A stretch of DNA of 64,000 nt from Entomortierella parvispora E1425. Its lineage: Eukaryota; Fungi; Mortierellomycota. Shown one piece after another: positions 49,141 to 60,055 of the stretch. Position 1 is the stretch's first letter; each line of letters starts with the position of its first letter. Under the pieces are notes generated by a model that made no database searches, had not been told where the DNA came from, and saw only the letters and a list, made by a program, of their open reading frames with translations. The position numbers and the translations under genes were made by a program. The stretch covers positions 496,001 through 560,000 of the forward strand of contig BQFW01000011.1 of the NCBI GenBank assembly GCA_020891255.1, given 5' to 3'.

Positions 49141-50735
49141 GTTGGTTGGTTCGTTCGTGGGTTCGAGCACTAGGTATGGAGCAGTGGTGCGCGCAATAAT
49201 TTGTGCCTTTTAGAGGATGTCCGACTTTGACTTTACTGGTGAGAGTGAGAGGAATTACACTTTTCTTAATATGCTCTCGGTTCCGCAGGAGGACTTGAAA
49301 AGTAGTGGCACTATCCTTGGGCCAGGATGTGTGTAAAAGCTGGATATGATCATTTTGGATCTAATGTTTGAAAGAACAAAATCATGTCAGCAAAATCGAA
49401 TCTTCGTATCCTCTCTGCCCAAATGATTTGTTAAAACCTGTCAGTTGCATGCACTCGCTCAACCTAGATAAAATATAGGGCCACTTACAGGTTAGTATGT
49501 GATGAGGGTCACTCGATCCTGTTGTAGAATGGTTGGGGCATACGTGTGATAGATGAAAGTGTTGAGAAATTGAGAGTGTGTGTGCTTGTGTCAGGAGGTG
49601 AAGGAAGGAATGGTATTGAAGGAGAGGCTGGGTGCAGAACAAAAAAAAACTGGGGTCTGTCAATGTTTAAATACATTTTGACGCAATGGCCGTGGGAAGT
49701 CGTCAAACCTCGATCCTCCCTTTGTGCAGCTTTGCCTTAAAATCAACCCCATTACACAAAAAAGATGCCAGTTGCTGTTTTTCCGCCGTTTTAAGTGCTG
49801 CGTGGTCACAAAAAAAAAGGGATGAACAAAAAAAAACAGTTGTTTTCACTTACATGTACTGCACTGCACAAAGATGGGAAAATTCTGTGTTTTGCTTTGT
49901 GCTCTCTGCTGCACTGCAGCAAGTCCCCCCTTTATTTCCCCCGAACTGAATTACTCTGTCTTTTCTGGAAAACAAAGATGCATGCTTCCTATGATTTCCA
50001 CCCACGGACAAACCTTGCCTGCCTTTTTTTCCTTCCCAGACCTGTTTTTCAAGGGTCGTCTTACTGCAATTGAAAAGACTTACCGTCCTTCACTTCCTCT
50101 GATCGAATCTCGTTTGACATCTTTGCCTCCAATGTATCGATTCTCTATTCCACTGTCGTGCTTTTGCACAAAAAAAACACGCTCTCCTGAACACGACATG
50201 TGGAAGAACCGCTCCTCTTGTAACCCTGTGTATGCATATAGCCAGACTAATTGATTCGGCGCTGCATTTTTCAATAACAGAAGAGAAGGTATGGTAAGCA
50301 GGTCTGTTAAAAAAAGTGTCAGTCGTGGGAGGTGTTTTCAATGATCCGATCTACCACCTTGCTTGCCATCTGGACACGTTGTGCACTGTCGGCCGATGCA
50401 GGTGCTCTGGGAGGCGTTGATTAAAACGGACGAAGACCCATTGGGAATGGTGATTTCATGGCTAATGTCGCGGAAGTAGATAAGGCAACAGGAGCAGGAG
50501 CAAGAGCAACATCGTTTCCATCTGTCAACAGTTATGATGCCTATGATCGATCGAACTGTCGCCCCTGCTCCATGACTACAAAGTCCTATATTTTGTTCTC
50601 TATAGAAAGTTTAGAGCTGCTCGGAAGCCATCAACTTGATATTCACCATGTAGTCACCTCATCGAAAACCCAAGGAAAGCTTTCGTAGAAAATTACGCTT
50701 TATTTCTCTACAGGACAACGCTACGATGAACGCGC

Positions 50736-53019
50736 TCACATGATATTGCACATCCGACCATTCCTTTTGGAAGCGCCTCCTCCAGACCGGATAGCTTCGT
50801 CGACCTGAGCTTTCAGTCTTTTACCCTCCATTCCCAACGCACCAGGTCGTCTACTGGCCAACGTGAACCACTTCTGCGCCTGCATCAAATCTTTCTTGGA
50901 GGGGTCCCATACATGATGTACAACCGTCTTGTTGTTGGAAGTTGGCTCGGTCTGATTAATGCTTGTGTGATCTGCGTCCTTGGAAGAAGAGGGGCCTGGG
51001 CTTGCTTCCTGTGTTCGAGGCTTTTCGTCTTGGAAATAATAGGCACCCAAACTCAATTGAGCCAGGCCAAATCCCTGCTGACCTGCCATCTTCCAGTATT
51101 CGACTGCCAGGGCTTCGTTCTTGGGCACCACCCCTCCCATACCTGTGAAGTAAGCTTGGCCAACATTGTATTGAGCCTCAACCATGCCCTTAGAGGCAGC
51201 TTTGAGATAATGCTGGAATCCCGAGCCCATTAGTTGTTTGCTTGTTTTGTTGTGAATCATGGCCTCCTTTGACTCCTTATCCGAGGTCGATTCGGTAGAA
51301 GTTGCCAACTCTCTGGCCTCCTTCATCTCGATGGAGCCCATCAGGAAGTGCGCTTCAGGATTATCATCTGACTGTGCAGCACTACGCAAATACTTCTTGG
51401 CCTCCTTAAGATCCTCCTCCAGCTCTCCATTAAGGTACATCCTAGCCAACGCGACTTTAGCCTCAACTACTCCTTGAAGTGAGGCCTGTTCGTAGAGATC
51501 CTTTGCCTTTGCATAGTCCTGATCCTCTCGAGCATAGATGCTAGCCAGCGTCGATTGTGCCCAGGGTAGACCCTTCAAGCCCCTGAGTCGACCAGCGCTT
51601 CCACCGGGCTCCGCAAGTGAAGACAGATATTGACGACCCTGATACTTGTCTGCAGGCACACCTTTGGCTCCACGGTAGAGCATTACCGCGTAACTGTAAC
51701 GTGAATAGATATCTCCTTGATCCATCGCCATTTTGAACAATACAAACGCCAGAGGCGCACCGTCTATCACAATTAAAAAAAAATAAAAAATAAAAAACAG
51801 CTGTCCTTTAGTAACATAAAATCGCGCGCAGCCCTTCATTTGATATGAACTGGCGCCTACCTCGAGTATATTGAAGCGATGTGGTGGCGAGATCATAGAT
51901 GGCAACGTTCTTCTTTTTAAGTGCTATTTCCACATGAATAGAGGTTAATAAGGAGTTTACACAATCAAGTGGTATAGTGCCGCTTAAAATTATTTATGGC
52001 TCTCACCTTTCTGGAATTCCCTTTCGACTTGCAAACGCGTAAGATCTTGCTCAGGTAAAGGCAAAACGTCGAGCAATGACTGCAACAACTCCTTGATCTT
52101 GTCGACGGTAATGTCCATCTTCTTTTGCTTGATTAAATGTTCAATAAACTCGTCTGGCGGAATCACATCTGTATACCATGCCAGCGTGATCAGTGTCGTG
52201 CGGAGCAATCAAACAACGAAAGGGACACATGAATGCGTGCGCAAGGCGGTTACCTGTAAGTGTTAGAGTACTGATGTCAAACTCCTGCGTGTTGGTTGAC
52301 CGTGGAGCAAGATCCCTAGTACGATAAATGGGACGTGGAATATTCGTCAGATTGACTCCTTTATACTGTTGTGGGTATCCAAACGCGAATGCTCATCATA
52401 CTTACTCGGGTGTGGAGGACGGCTTCGTCGTGAAATCTTCAAACTGACAGAATAATCCGCTGACGGGCGACTCAACCTTGCTCTCCTTCAAAGCTACAGG
52501 TACAATCTTGCCTGTGGGGTCCTTCCTATAAACAACATCCTCTTCAATCGGATTTCCACTCATCATGGCAGCAACCCGGGTGCCAGAGGTTGGGTCTGGG
52601 GGTCTAGAAGACAAACTGTCCTCTGCTGTCCTCTTGATTTGCTGATCGACCTTGGTCTGAGGCTTTTGAGGTTTCTTGTTAGACTTCACCTGATGTTTGG
52701 ATGAAGACAAGGTTGAGGTGGAGAAGGCATGTCGCTGCTGCTCCAGTTGCCGTTGAGAACGGTAGTATTGTTTATGGACTACACCTCCTGGTCCAGAAAC
52801 ATCCCTGTAGAAGGCCGATCTAGGAGCATCCTGGGCAAATCCGCGCGAAGACTGAACTGCACTCTGGTATCCGACTGCCTTGGTGTCGGCGCGAGAAAAG
52901 GCCTGAGCGCCTGTTCCTTGACGGCGCCGCGCGCGAATCCCAGCGGAGGTGCGGCCTGCGACTGAAGAGCCAGACACAGAGGTGATGGGGGCGTGCTTGG
53001 CAGCTGTGGACCTGATCAT
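50736..53019 (-). CDS. SEL1-like repeat protein with a probable mitochondrial presequence; exons 53019-52406, 52315-52254, 52168-52007, 51923-51861, 51763-50736 (642 aa)
   Basis: About six SEL1 repeats, e.g. KAASKGMVEAQYNVGQAYFTG...EALAVEYWKMAGQQGFGLAQLSLG. The N-terminus is Arg/Ser/Ala-rich and poor in acidic residues. Exons sum to 1929 nt. Confidence 0.8.
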
Positions 53020-53265
53020 TGCTGGCGGTGTGGAATGAGGGAAGGGATGCAAGGATGCATGCATGCTTTCTTTCGGGAAGAAAGAAATGTGACTGTGACT
53101 GCTGCGATGTCACGCAAAAGGAAACAGGGCGGATCGGTCAATGTTTCTCCTTTGGTGTGTCTCCACTTGCCTCTGCTCTCTCTTTCTCTCTCCTTCTCTC
53201 TTTCTCTCTTTCTCTCTTTCTCTCTCTCTGGATCAGCCAGCACCAGCGCGCAGGATTGATTCGCC
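53020..53265. promoter_or_regulatory. Putative bidirectional promoter with a CT-rich tract between the SEL1 and RanBP2-ZnF genes
   Basis: The head-to-head starts are about 246 bp apart. An imperfect (CT)n tract lies at about 53173-53230. Confidence 0.5.
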
Positions 53266-54072
53266 ATGGCTGCCCGAGGATGCAGTCGCACGGGATGGGA
53301 AATAGTCTCTCGCTGGACAAGGACCTGCTCCCCAATTACTCGTCCATGTCTTCAGGATCTGCATCCATCACCTGCAATCGCCAGGACATTTGCCTCATCC
53401 TCATGTCTGGACAGCCGACATGCTTCCAAACCACCAAAAGGGCCGCCATTGACTAAGGATGCTCGGCCTGCCGTTAAGGATGCACAATATACCTTTGACC
53501 GCCGTCTGAAATTCCTGCAAGTGCATCATCGCCCTCACCGCAACGCAGGGAGCAAGAAGAAATATAAACCAGGGTTCCAACCAGGCGATTTTATGTGCCC
53601 CCAATGTGGTAGTCACAATCATCGACCACCCGAGTACAACCAAGGCCACAGCTCACAGTCCTCTATCTTTACTTTGGATTCTGGATCGGATCAAGGATCG
53701 GGGGCGAGTTCGAGGCAAGCAGCAACGCGCAGCTATCCGGCAGGGGCGCTTCCAGCGTGTTTCGAGTGCGGATACGAGACAGGGGTTCCTAGCCCGTTGT
53801 CAGTTGATACAGCAAGGTCACCTCCGACCCCTGCGTCCACCTTGGGAGCATCGACCTCCTCAACAAAGTCTACTCAGGAAACCAATTTGCTCGAGAAAGA
53901 CGATACAGTCACCCAGGACGAGGATGATCTTCGACGGACAAAGCCAAGGGATTACGTGTGCCCCAACTGTCGCACACTCAACTTCAATGGTCGCATGTAT
54001 TGCATAGGCTGTGGGATACTTAATTCCCGCGCGAAAAGCTGGATCTTTAAGCGCGAATCGGTTACCAAATGA
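53266..54072 (+). CDS. RanBP2-type zinc-finger protein with a probable mitochondrial presequence (268 aa)
   Basis: GDFMCPQCGSHN...CFECG, and a canonical RDYVCPNCRTLNFNGRMYCIGCG. Arg-rich N-terminus ending ARTFASSS. Confidence 0.8.
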   Translation: MAARGCSRTGWEIVSRWTRTCSPITRPCLQDLHPSPAIARTFASSSCLDSRHASKPPKGPPLTKDARPAVKDAQYTFDRRLKFLQVHHRPHRNAGSKKKYKPGFQPGDFMCPQCGSHNHRPPEYNQGHSSQSSIFTLDSGSDQGSGASSRQAATRSYPAGALPACFECGYETGVPSPLSVDTARSPPTPASTLGASTSSTKSTQETNLLEKDDTVTQDEDDLRRTKPRDYVCPNCRTLNFNGRMYCIGCGILNSRAKSWIFKRESVTK

Positions 54073-55920
54073 CAATAAATTGTCATGGAATGAAAAGCAC
54101 TGGTCCCAGATTCTCTCAGGCATGTTGACTGGATGCGTGCAAAGGATACTCTTTGCGACCTTGGTCATACAAAGATAATGCCCATGAACTAAGGATTCAA
54201 GAAATGAGAGCCTATCTGCTGCTAGAAAGGAGGTTTTATGGCAGCCTACTAGCTTTGGAAAGTGGAGGACGACGGCTGTTGTGTTTTGTGGCCGCAATGC
54301 TTTAGGCTGTTTGTAGTCTTCTGATGAACCTCGCCGTGATCGACCACTACAGAGGGGAGAGAGTGAACGGTGGTGGTGGTGGTGGTGGTGGAATGTTCCT
54401 GGGAGGCACTCGGGGAAAATTAATAATGACAACGATAAACCGGGATGTGAGGAAGCGTGTAAAGAACATGATAGGCACAGTCAACGATGAAGACGACGCA
54501 TGCTCAGACAACGAGATAAAACCATTGGCAACCAGAGGCGGATCAAAAAAATGAGGCACAAACAAAATGAGAGACAATTGCCCTCAGCCAATAGATCCTG
54601 TGGGACGTGGGTGCAAGGGATGACAAGGAAACAGAAGGAAGCAGGCCGCCAGGTTTTACTCACGCCCCTGTCAAGGGCACCATGTTGCATTAAAAAAGAA
54701 ATATTGTCCCAATGACCTGTGCCAACCATGTCTATTCTCAGAGAACCCTGAAGACAAAAATCTGACACGGCACATCCTGTTATTGAGACACCAAAAAGAG
54801 TCGGGTAACGCTGGGATGGTCGGAGCGTAGAACAGGGTAAACCTCGCGAACAATGAGCCACGAGCACTGCTCTCCACGCGCACAACCACAGCGCTAGAAG
54901 ACCCAAGAGCTGTCCAGAGGGAAATCCGTTTTGCCACCACGCATCACTGCCACACCCACTGCCGCTGCATCACTGCGGTTGTTTGCCGCCGCCTTTGCCT
55001 TCGACTCTCGTCCCCCGACCTGACCACCAACTTTTTTTTTCATTTGTTTGCTCTCAATTGCAAACCATCTGTCAACTTTGCTCTTCTTCTTTGTCCTCCT
55101 TCGAGTCCTTTGGTCATCTCGTCTTCTTTACTTCATTGCCACCGCGCCCTCTTCGTCCTCTCTCATCTCGTCTAATCTCACTCGCCTTCTCCGGCGCTTT
55201 CTCGTGGTTTTGGTTTTGCTAGTGGTGGCATTGAACGAGGCGGGCCTTTTCTGTGCACTCTTTTTCGTTCTCTCGCCGGTTTCCTCCTCTTTTTTGTTTT
55301 CTACTCTCTTTGTGCTCTCATTCAGCTCCATTCCTCAACCCTTTCCCCTCCCTCATTCACGTCTCATTCCTGGAGTGAGTGCGGTCATTCCTCGGAACAG
55401 AACAATAGTAGAGCGGCTTCAAACAACTGCAACTCTCCATACTGAGGAATAGCTCGACTCGAGGCACCCCCTTCCTTCCTTGCACCGCCACCCAATCCCC
55501 CCTTCTTCTCTTCCTTCTCCCCATTTCCTCTTTTTATTCCCATCACCTTCACCCTCACAACGCTCCAACGGCTTTCAATTGATAGAAAAAAGGAGGCTGT
55601 CCCGTTGATCGAACCTCTGTCCCTTGTCGCATTCCTCAAGGTACAATCCCGGGTCTCAACAGGAGTAGAAAAGACAGTAATCCAAAATCCCATCCTCACA
55701 TTCTTCTTCTTTTTCTCTCCCCACTCTTTCCTATTGTTGTCACCCATGCACCGGTCTGTGCAAATCCAACTTGAACAACAACAACTCCCATCTTCGTCTC
55801 AAAATAGATAACTGTCCTCGACACACACACAACAGGGAAGTCGAGCATCTTCCCGTTCTTTCTCGATCCCCCGTTCCTTGCCAACCCACAAAAGATTGTC
55901 CAGAGAGAATAGATCTCACC

Positions 55921-57810
55921 ATGGCAAAGCCCCCAGTGACCACGCACTTGCCCACAAGCGCACCCGCACCTGCACCCAAACCGACCACTGTTGCTCCCCC
56001 AAAGCCTCCAACTTCAGTCGCCCCTCCACCTGCAACCAAGACCACGGTGGTTGCTCCACCTGTTCAGCATACTACCACGTCCATTGTCGCCCTCCTGAGC
56101 ACCTCAACTGATATCCGCCCTACTTCAACATTCACAACCATTGGCAATAGCAACATCGCAAATGAAAGTGGAAGCGGCGGAGGAGGTGGTATGGGAGGAG
56201 CAGCGATTGGAGGAATGGTGGCAGGTGTGGTCGTGATCTTGGTGGGCTCAGTTGTTGGCGGATTTATGTTGTTAAAACAACGTCGGAAGAGAATGATGAT
56301 GTCGGGACGAAGCGCTCGAAACTACAATGGATACCCGGATCCAGACTTTGGCAGTGGACGCGTTGTCGGCGCAGCTGCTGGAAGCGGAAGCGGACTGGGT
56401 ATCGCGCCACCGATGCCATCTTTTCGACGGGAAAGTGGATCAAGACCTCGTAGCGCGTACTCGGCGCACAGTCGCGCAGGAAGCAGCAATAGTCGTCACA
56501 GTGGCTATGGTCTGGTTCCGCCTCCACCTTTGCCCACGAGCGTGAGAGGCCGTGTCAATGTCGAGAGTGGAATCTGGGACGAGAAACAATATGGAAACAG
56601 TAATGCAGCGATGGTAACGCGACGCGTCAGCAGCATCGGTGCCAATGGCTATGTCCAAGGCGAATACTACGCTCCGGGACCTGGCGTTCCAGCAGGGGAG
56701 TCCTCTTATTCACAGTTGACCAATGGCATGTTTGTCGCGAACGGCCGTCGTGGTGAAGGGGATCTCCACAACTTAACGAATGGCGAGAGTAAGACGGAAA
56801 ATGAATCGGACCCAACTGCCTCAGAAAAAGAACAGCACTCGGAAATGAAGAGTCAAGACCGTCAGTTGGAAGGGTCCCATGGAGATGATGGCTCTGATAC
56901 ACCTGCCGCTGCTGTTGCTGCCGCAGTTGCTTCCTCCGTCTCTGCGGCATCAGGCAAGGCACCAGCCTCGTCGTTGGGTCCCCATCCACTCGAGTCAAGA
57001 CCTCTTGGGGCGGCTGTTTCAGCCTATGCTAATTCCTATCATACTCAGAATGGAGGCTATTACCAGCCTGGACATTCACGGCCGTACTCGCAAATGTACT
57101 CGAACCAGCAACAACATCCTTATGCTCCTCGCCCAGGACCGCCTCCAACGAATCGTCCCATGACTCCTTCCGGTGGCCATGGACCGTACCCTCCTCCTCT
57201 GCACCATTTCCAGCAGCAACACCCCTATTACCCATCACACAATCCCTACGGACCTGCACCACCGAACTTCCGTCCCCAGCAACGTCCTCCGTACTCGAAC
57301 GAGATGCGCCCTCCTTATCCAAATGAGATGCAAGGCCAAGGACTCGAACGTTCTCATGGTCCACGTCGTCAGCCAACCTATTCTTCGACGACCATGTCCA
57401 ATGACTCCTCGACGGTGGTCGACGATGATTTAGTGTCCTCGCCCACATCTCAGTCGCCTACCCTTCGTTCTCGTTCTCGTCAGCAGCAACATCCAAACGC
57501 AGGGAATACCCTGGTGGGCAAGAGTAGCCAAGAGCCTGTGATGCTGCTGCAGGATGCTCAGCCGTTGGAAGTTTTTACAAAGGAGGAGGTTGACCCTAAT
57601 CAAGAAAAAGAACCGATCTTGCCCTCAATGGGCGAGGATATCGCGCGTGACACACCTTCGCCAAACGGCGAGAAACAAGAGTATGTGACGATAGAAACCA
57701 ACGTGGTCCTGCCGGACAAGAAGGCGGAGCAAGAACAAGATCGCCCGGTAGCGATCTCTCCTCCCCCTTTGCCAATCGCAACCAAGCCCAAATCCATCCG
57801 CGAATTTTGA
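55921..57810 (+). CDS. Single-pass membrane protein with a Pro/Thr-rich ectodomain (Mid2/SKG6-like architecture)
   Basis: P/T-rich N-terminus, a TM helix GAAIGGMVAGVVVILVGSVVGGFMLL, a KQRRKR stop-transfer cluster and a long disordered cytoplasmic tail. Start taken at ATG55921. Confidence 0.75.
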   Translation: MAKPPVTTHLPTSAPAPAPKPTTVAPPKPPTSVAPPPATKTTVVAPPVQHTTTSIVALLSTSTDIRPTSTFTTIGNSNIANESGSGGGGGMGGAAIGGMVAGVVVILVGSVVGGFMLLKQRRKRMMMSGRSARNYNGYPDPDFGSGRVVGAAAGSGSGLGIAPPMPSFRRESGSRPRSAYSAHSRAGSSNSRHSGYGLVPPPPLPTSVRGRVNVESGIWDEKQYGNSNAAMVTRRVSSIGANGYVQGEYYAPGPGVPAGESSYSQLTNGMFVANGRRGEGDLHNLTNGESKTENESDPTASEKEQHSEMKSQDRQLEGSHGDDGSDTPAAAVAAAVASSVSAASGKAPASSLGPHPLESRPLGAAVSAYANSYHTQNGGYYQPGHSRPYSQMYSNQQQHPYAPRPGPPPTNRPMTPSGGHGPYPPPLHHFQQQHPYYPSHNPYGPAPPNFRPQQRPPYSNEMRPPYPNEMQGQGLERSHGPRRQPTYSSTTMSNDSSTVVDDDLVSSPTSQSPTLRSRSRQQQHPNAGNTLVGKSSQEPVMLLQDAQPLEVFTKEEVDPNQEKEPILPSMGEDIARDTPSPNGEKQEYVTIETNVVLPDKKAEQEQDRPVAISPPPLPIATKPKSIREF

Positions 57811-59357
57811 GGTCTCCTCTGCTAATGAACCCTTTCCTCCTCTTTTCTATCTCTTCCTCCCTCTCCCTCTTCTTTTCTCTCCTTCTCTCTCTCTCTCTCT
57901 CTTGCTCCCCTTCTGCCTCAAAAATAATATCCTCTCTTCTCACCTCACATATCTCCCTCCTACTGGACACGCGAGCTCTCATCATTCCTTGCTCTTTTCC
58001 TTCATTACCTTGCTAAATCATTCTCGCAGTAGATACCATGCCTAGTTTGCAAACCTCTTCTTCTCTTTCGTTTTACTATACGTCTCTTTCTTACCATCCC
58101 TTGTCTAAAGAGAAATAAACTCGCCCACGGGTCGCAGGAACACAGCCCATAATGAATACAAATGTATGAAGAACCCCTGTTTTTTGTTTCTTTTTTTTTT
58201 TTGTCGTCAGAGGGCCAACGTGTCGGGACGGCAAAACAAAGAGAATCAGCCATGCCCGCATTGCATGCATGACCTTTTCAAGCACAATAAAGCATTTCTT
58301 TTCCGAATCAATTGGGTGGCTATGTGCAGGCTTGAAGAAAAACCTTCTCTCTCTTTTTTTTTTTCTTTGTACGGCTATAATAGAAAAATGTGCTAATTGA
58401 AAGGAGAAGTGTGCTTTCTGGTTGTTGAACGAGACAGTGAGGATGCTGCCGCTGAAAGGAACATGACCTAAAAAAACAGAGCCGGGAAGAAAATGGCTAA
58501 TTCAATGTTCACCCCTGAATAGAGTCAGCCGTAAAACATCGCGGACAACAGTTGGGGAAAAAATCTCAACCTCTGTTGCGTTCAGTAATGCAGGCGGTGC
58601 AGAACGGAAGGAAGAAGTTCTTGTGCAATGCACCACGGAATTTTTGGTGGCAAAAAACAGTGATTGAATTTTGTGCACATTGCTTTTCCTTTGTTGTCAT
58701 TTTCGCGTTGTTCGCGTGCCCCTTTGCGATGCTCCGTCGATAAGGGAAGGCCTTTAGGACGAGAGGGGAAAACGAACTGGGGGTAGGAACATTCAGCGGG
58801 ACATTCAACGTGAGAATTGATGTTTAACGATTTCCCACGGCGACTGTTGGCCCAGTTTTGGTATTTAAACATGGGCGCTCGGAGGGCATTGCTCCCTTTT
58901 TTCTTATTTTCCTCACCCATCCATCTTCCTTTTCTCCTCACATCCACATCACATACCCTCTCCTCCCTCTTTTCCTCGTATACTCCTGCACCAGAACACC
59001 CATTCCACGTACGATTAACCACTCCCTACGACGATACATCAATGACACGTCCACCGTTTGCTAACTCGTAAGTACCTACGACCAACAAATCCATCGATCT
59101 CCTCCGAGGTATACTGTTAACCTTGTGCTATTACCATATCATCCAAAAAACAGAACTACAATGACTTCCCCAACTCTGTGGCTGGAAAACGAAACGACTC
59201 GCAAGAATAGTATCCTTCTATTCCGGGCCGTGGTGCGTTTACCCAAGACAAGTACACCCATATCTTATTCTTCGGAATAGAACCAAACCTCACCTCCTTC
59301 TCAAGAGCACAAGGCATCGAACTGCAACACCCTCCCTCAGCCGAACGAACAAGCAAC

Positions 59358-60055
59358 ATGAACAATATCTTCCAGTTCGGATCTTTGGCTTTGCAAGCGA
59401 ATATCATGCACCACTCCCAGCTCAATCTCAATTCTGACGACGATGAGCAGGGCGAGGTGAGTGTTGCAATTGAACGGAACGAAGCAGTGCAAAACGTGAA
59501 CTGTGGACCCAATGCTAATGCAGATTTGTTTATCATCTCTGTTGTGTATATCCATTGTTGCATCGTTAGGCTATGGTGGTCGATTCGCCCCCAGAGTTGA
59601 CAAACTCTTCTTCTCTCCCGGCGGTCCTGCCACTCGGTCTGGCTGGAGGATTCGCCTCTGCTCAACACCCCGAGCTTCCTGACGAGAACATGGACGAGGC
59701 CATTACTGCCAGTGCCGAGAACGGCGCGACAGTCAGCCAGGGCTTCACATTGAGGTCCAGCGTCTCGGCAAAGCTTTGTTATGACTCTGAATCGGTCCGA
59801 AGACGCAGCTCTATGTCTCTTCAGGTAAATGACTTTACAAGTGATTGACTCCTCTCTAAACCGCGCCAATAGGTAGATATCCAGTTGAAAATGTTGCCCA
59901 CACTCACAGATCTAATTGTGGACTTGTTTTTACAGCTCATTCTCAACATCGAGCCGACCGGGCAAGAGATTGCCGACGTGACTAACGTCGACATGGCCGG
60001 GCAGACCACTACCGATTCGACTGATGTCGAAATGGTCGAGCCCCTCGAGCCCTAG
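59358..60055 (+). CDS. Hypothetical acidic protein; exons 59358-59456, 59570-59824, 59936-60055 (5' end uncertain)
   Basis: Three phase-0 exons with strong GTGAGT/GTAAAT donors and TAG/CAG acceptors. No recognisable domain. Confidence 0.45.
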
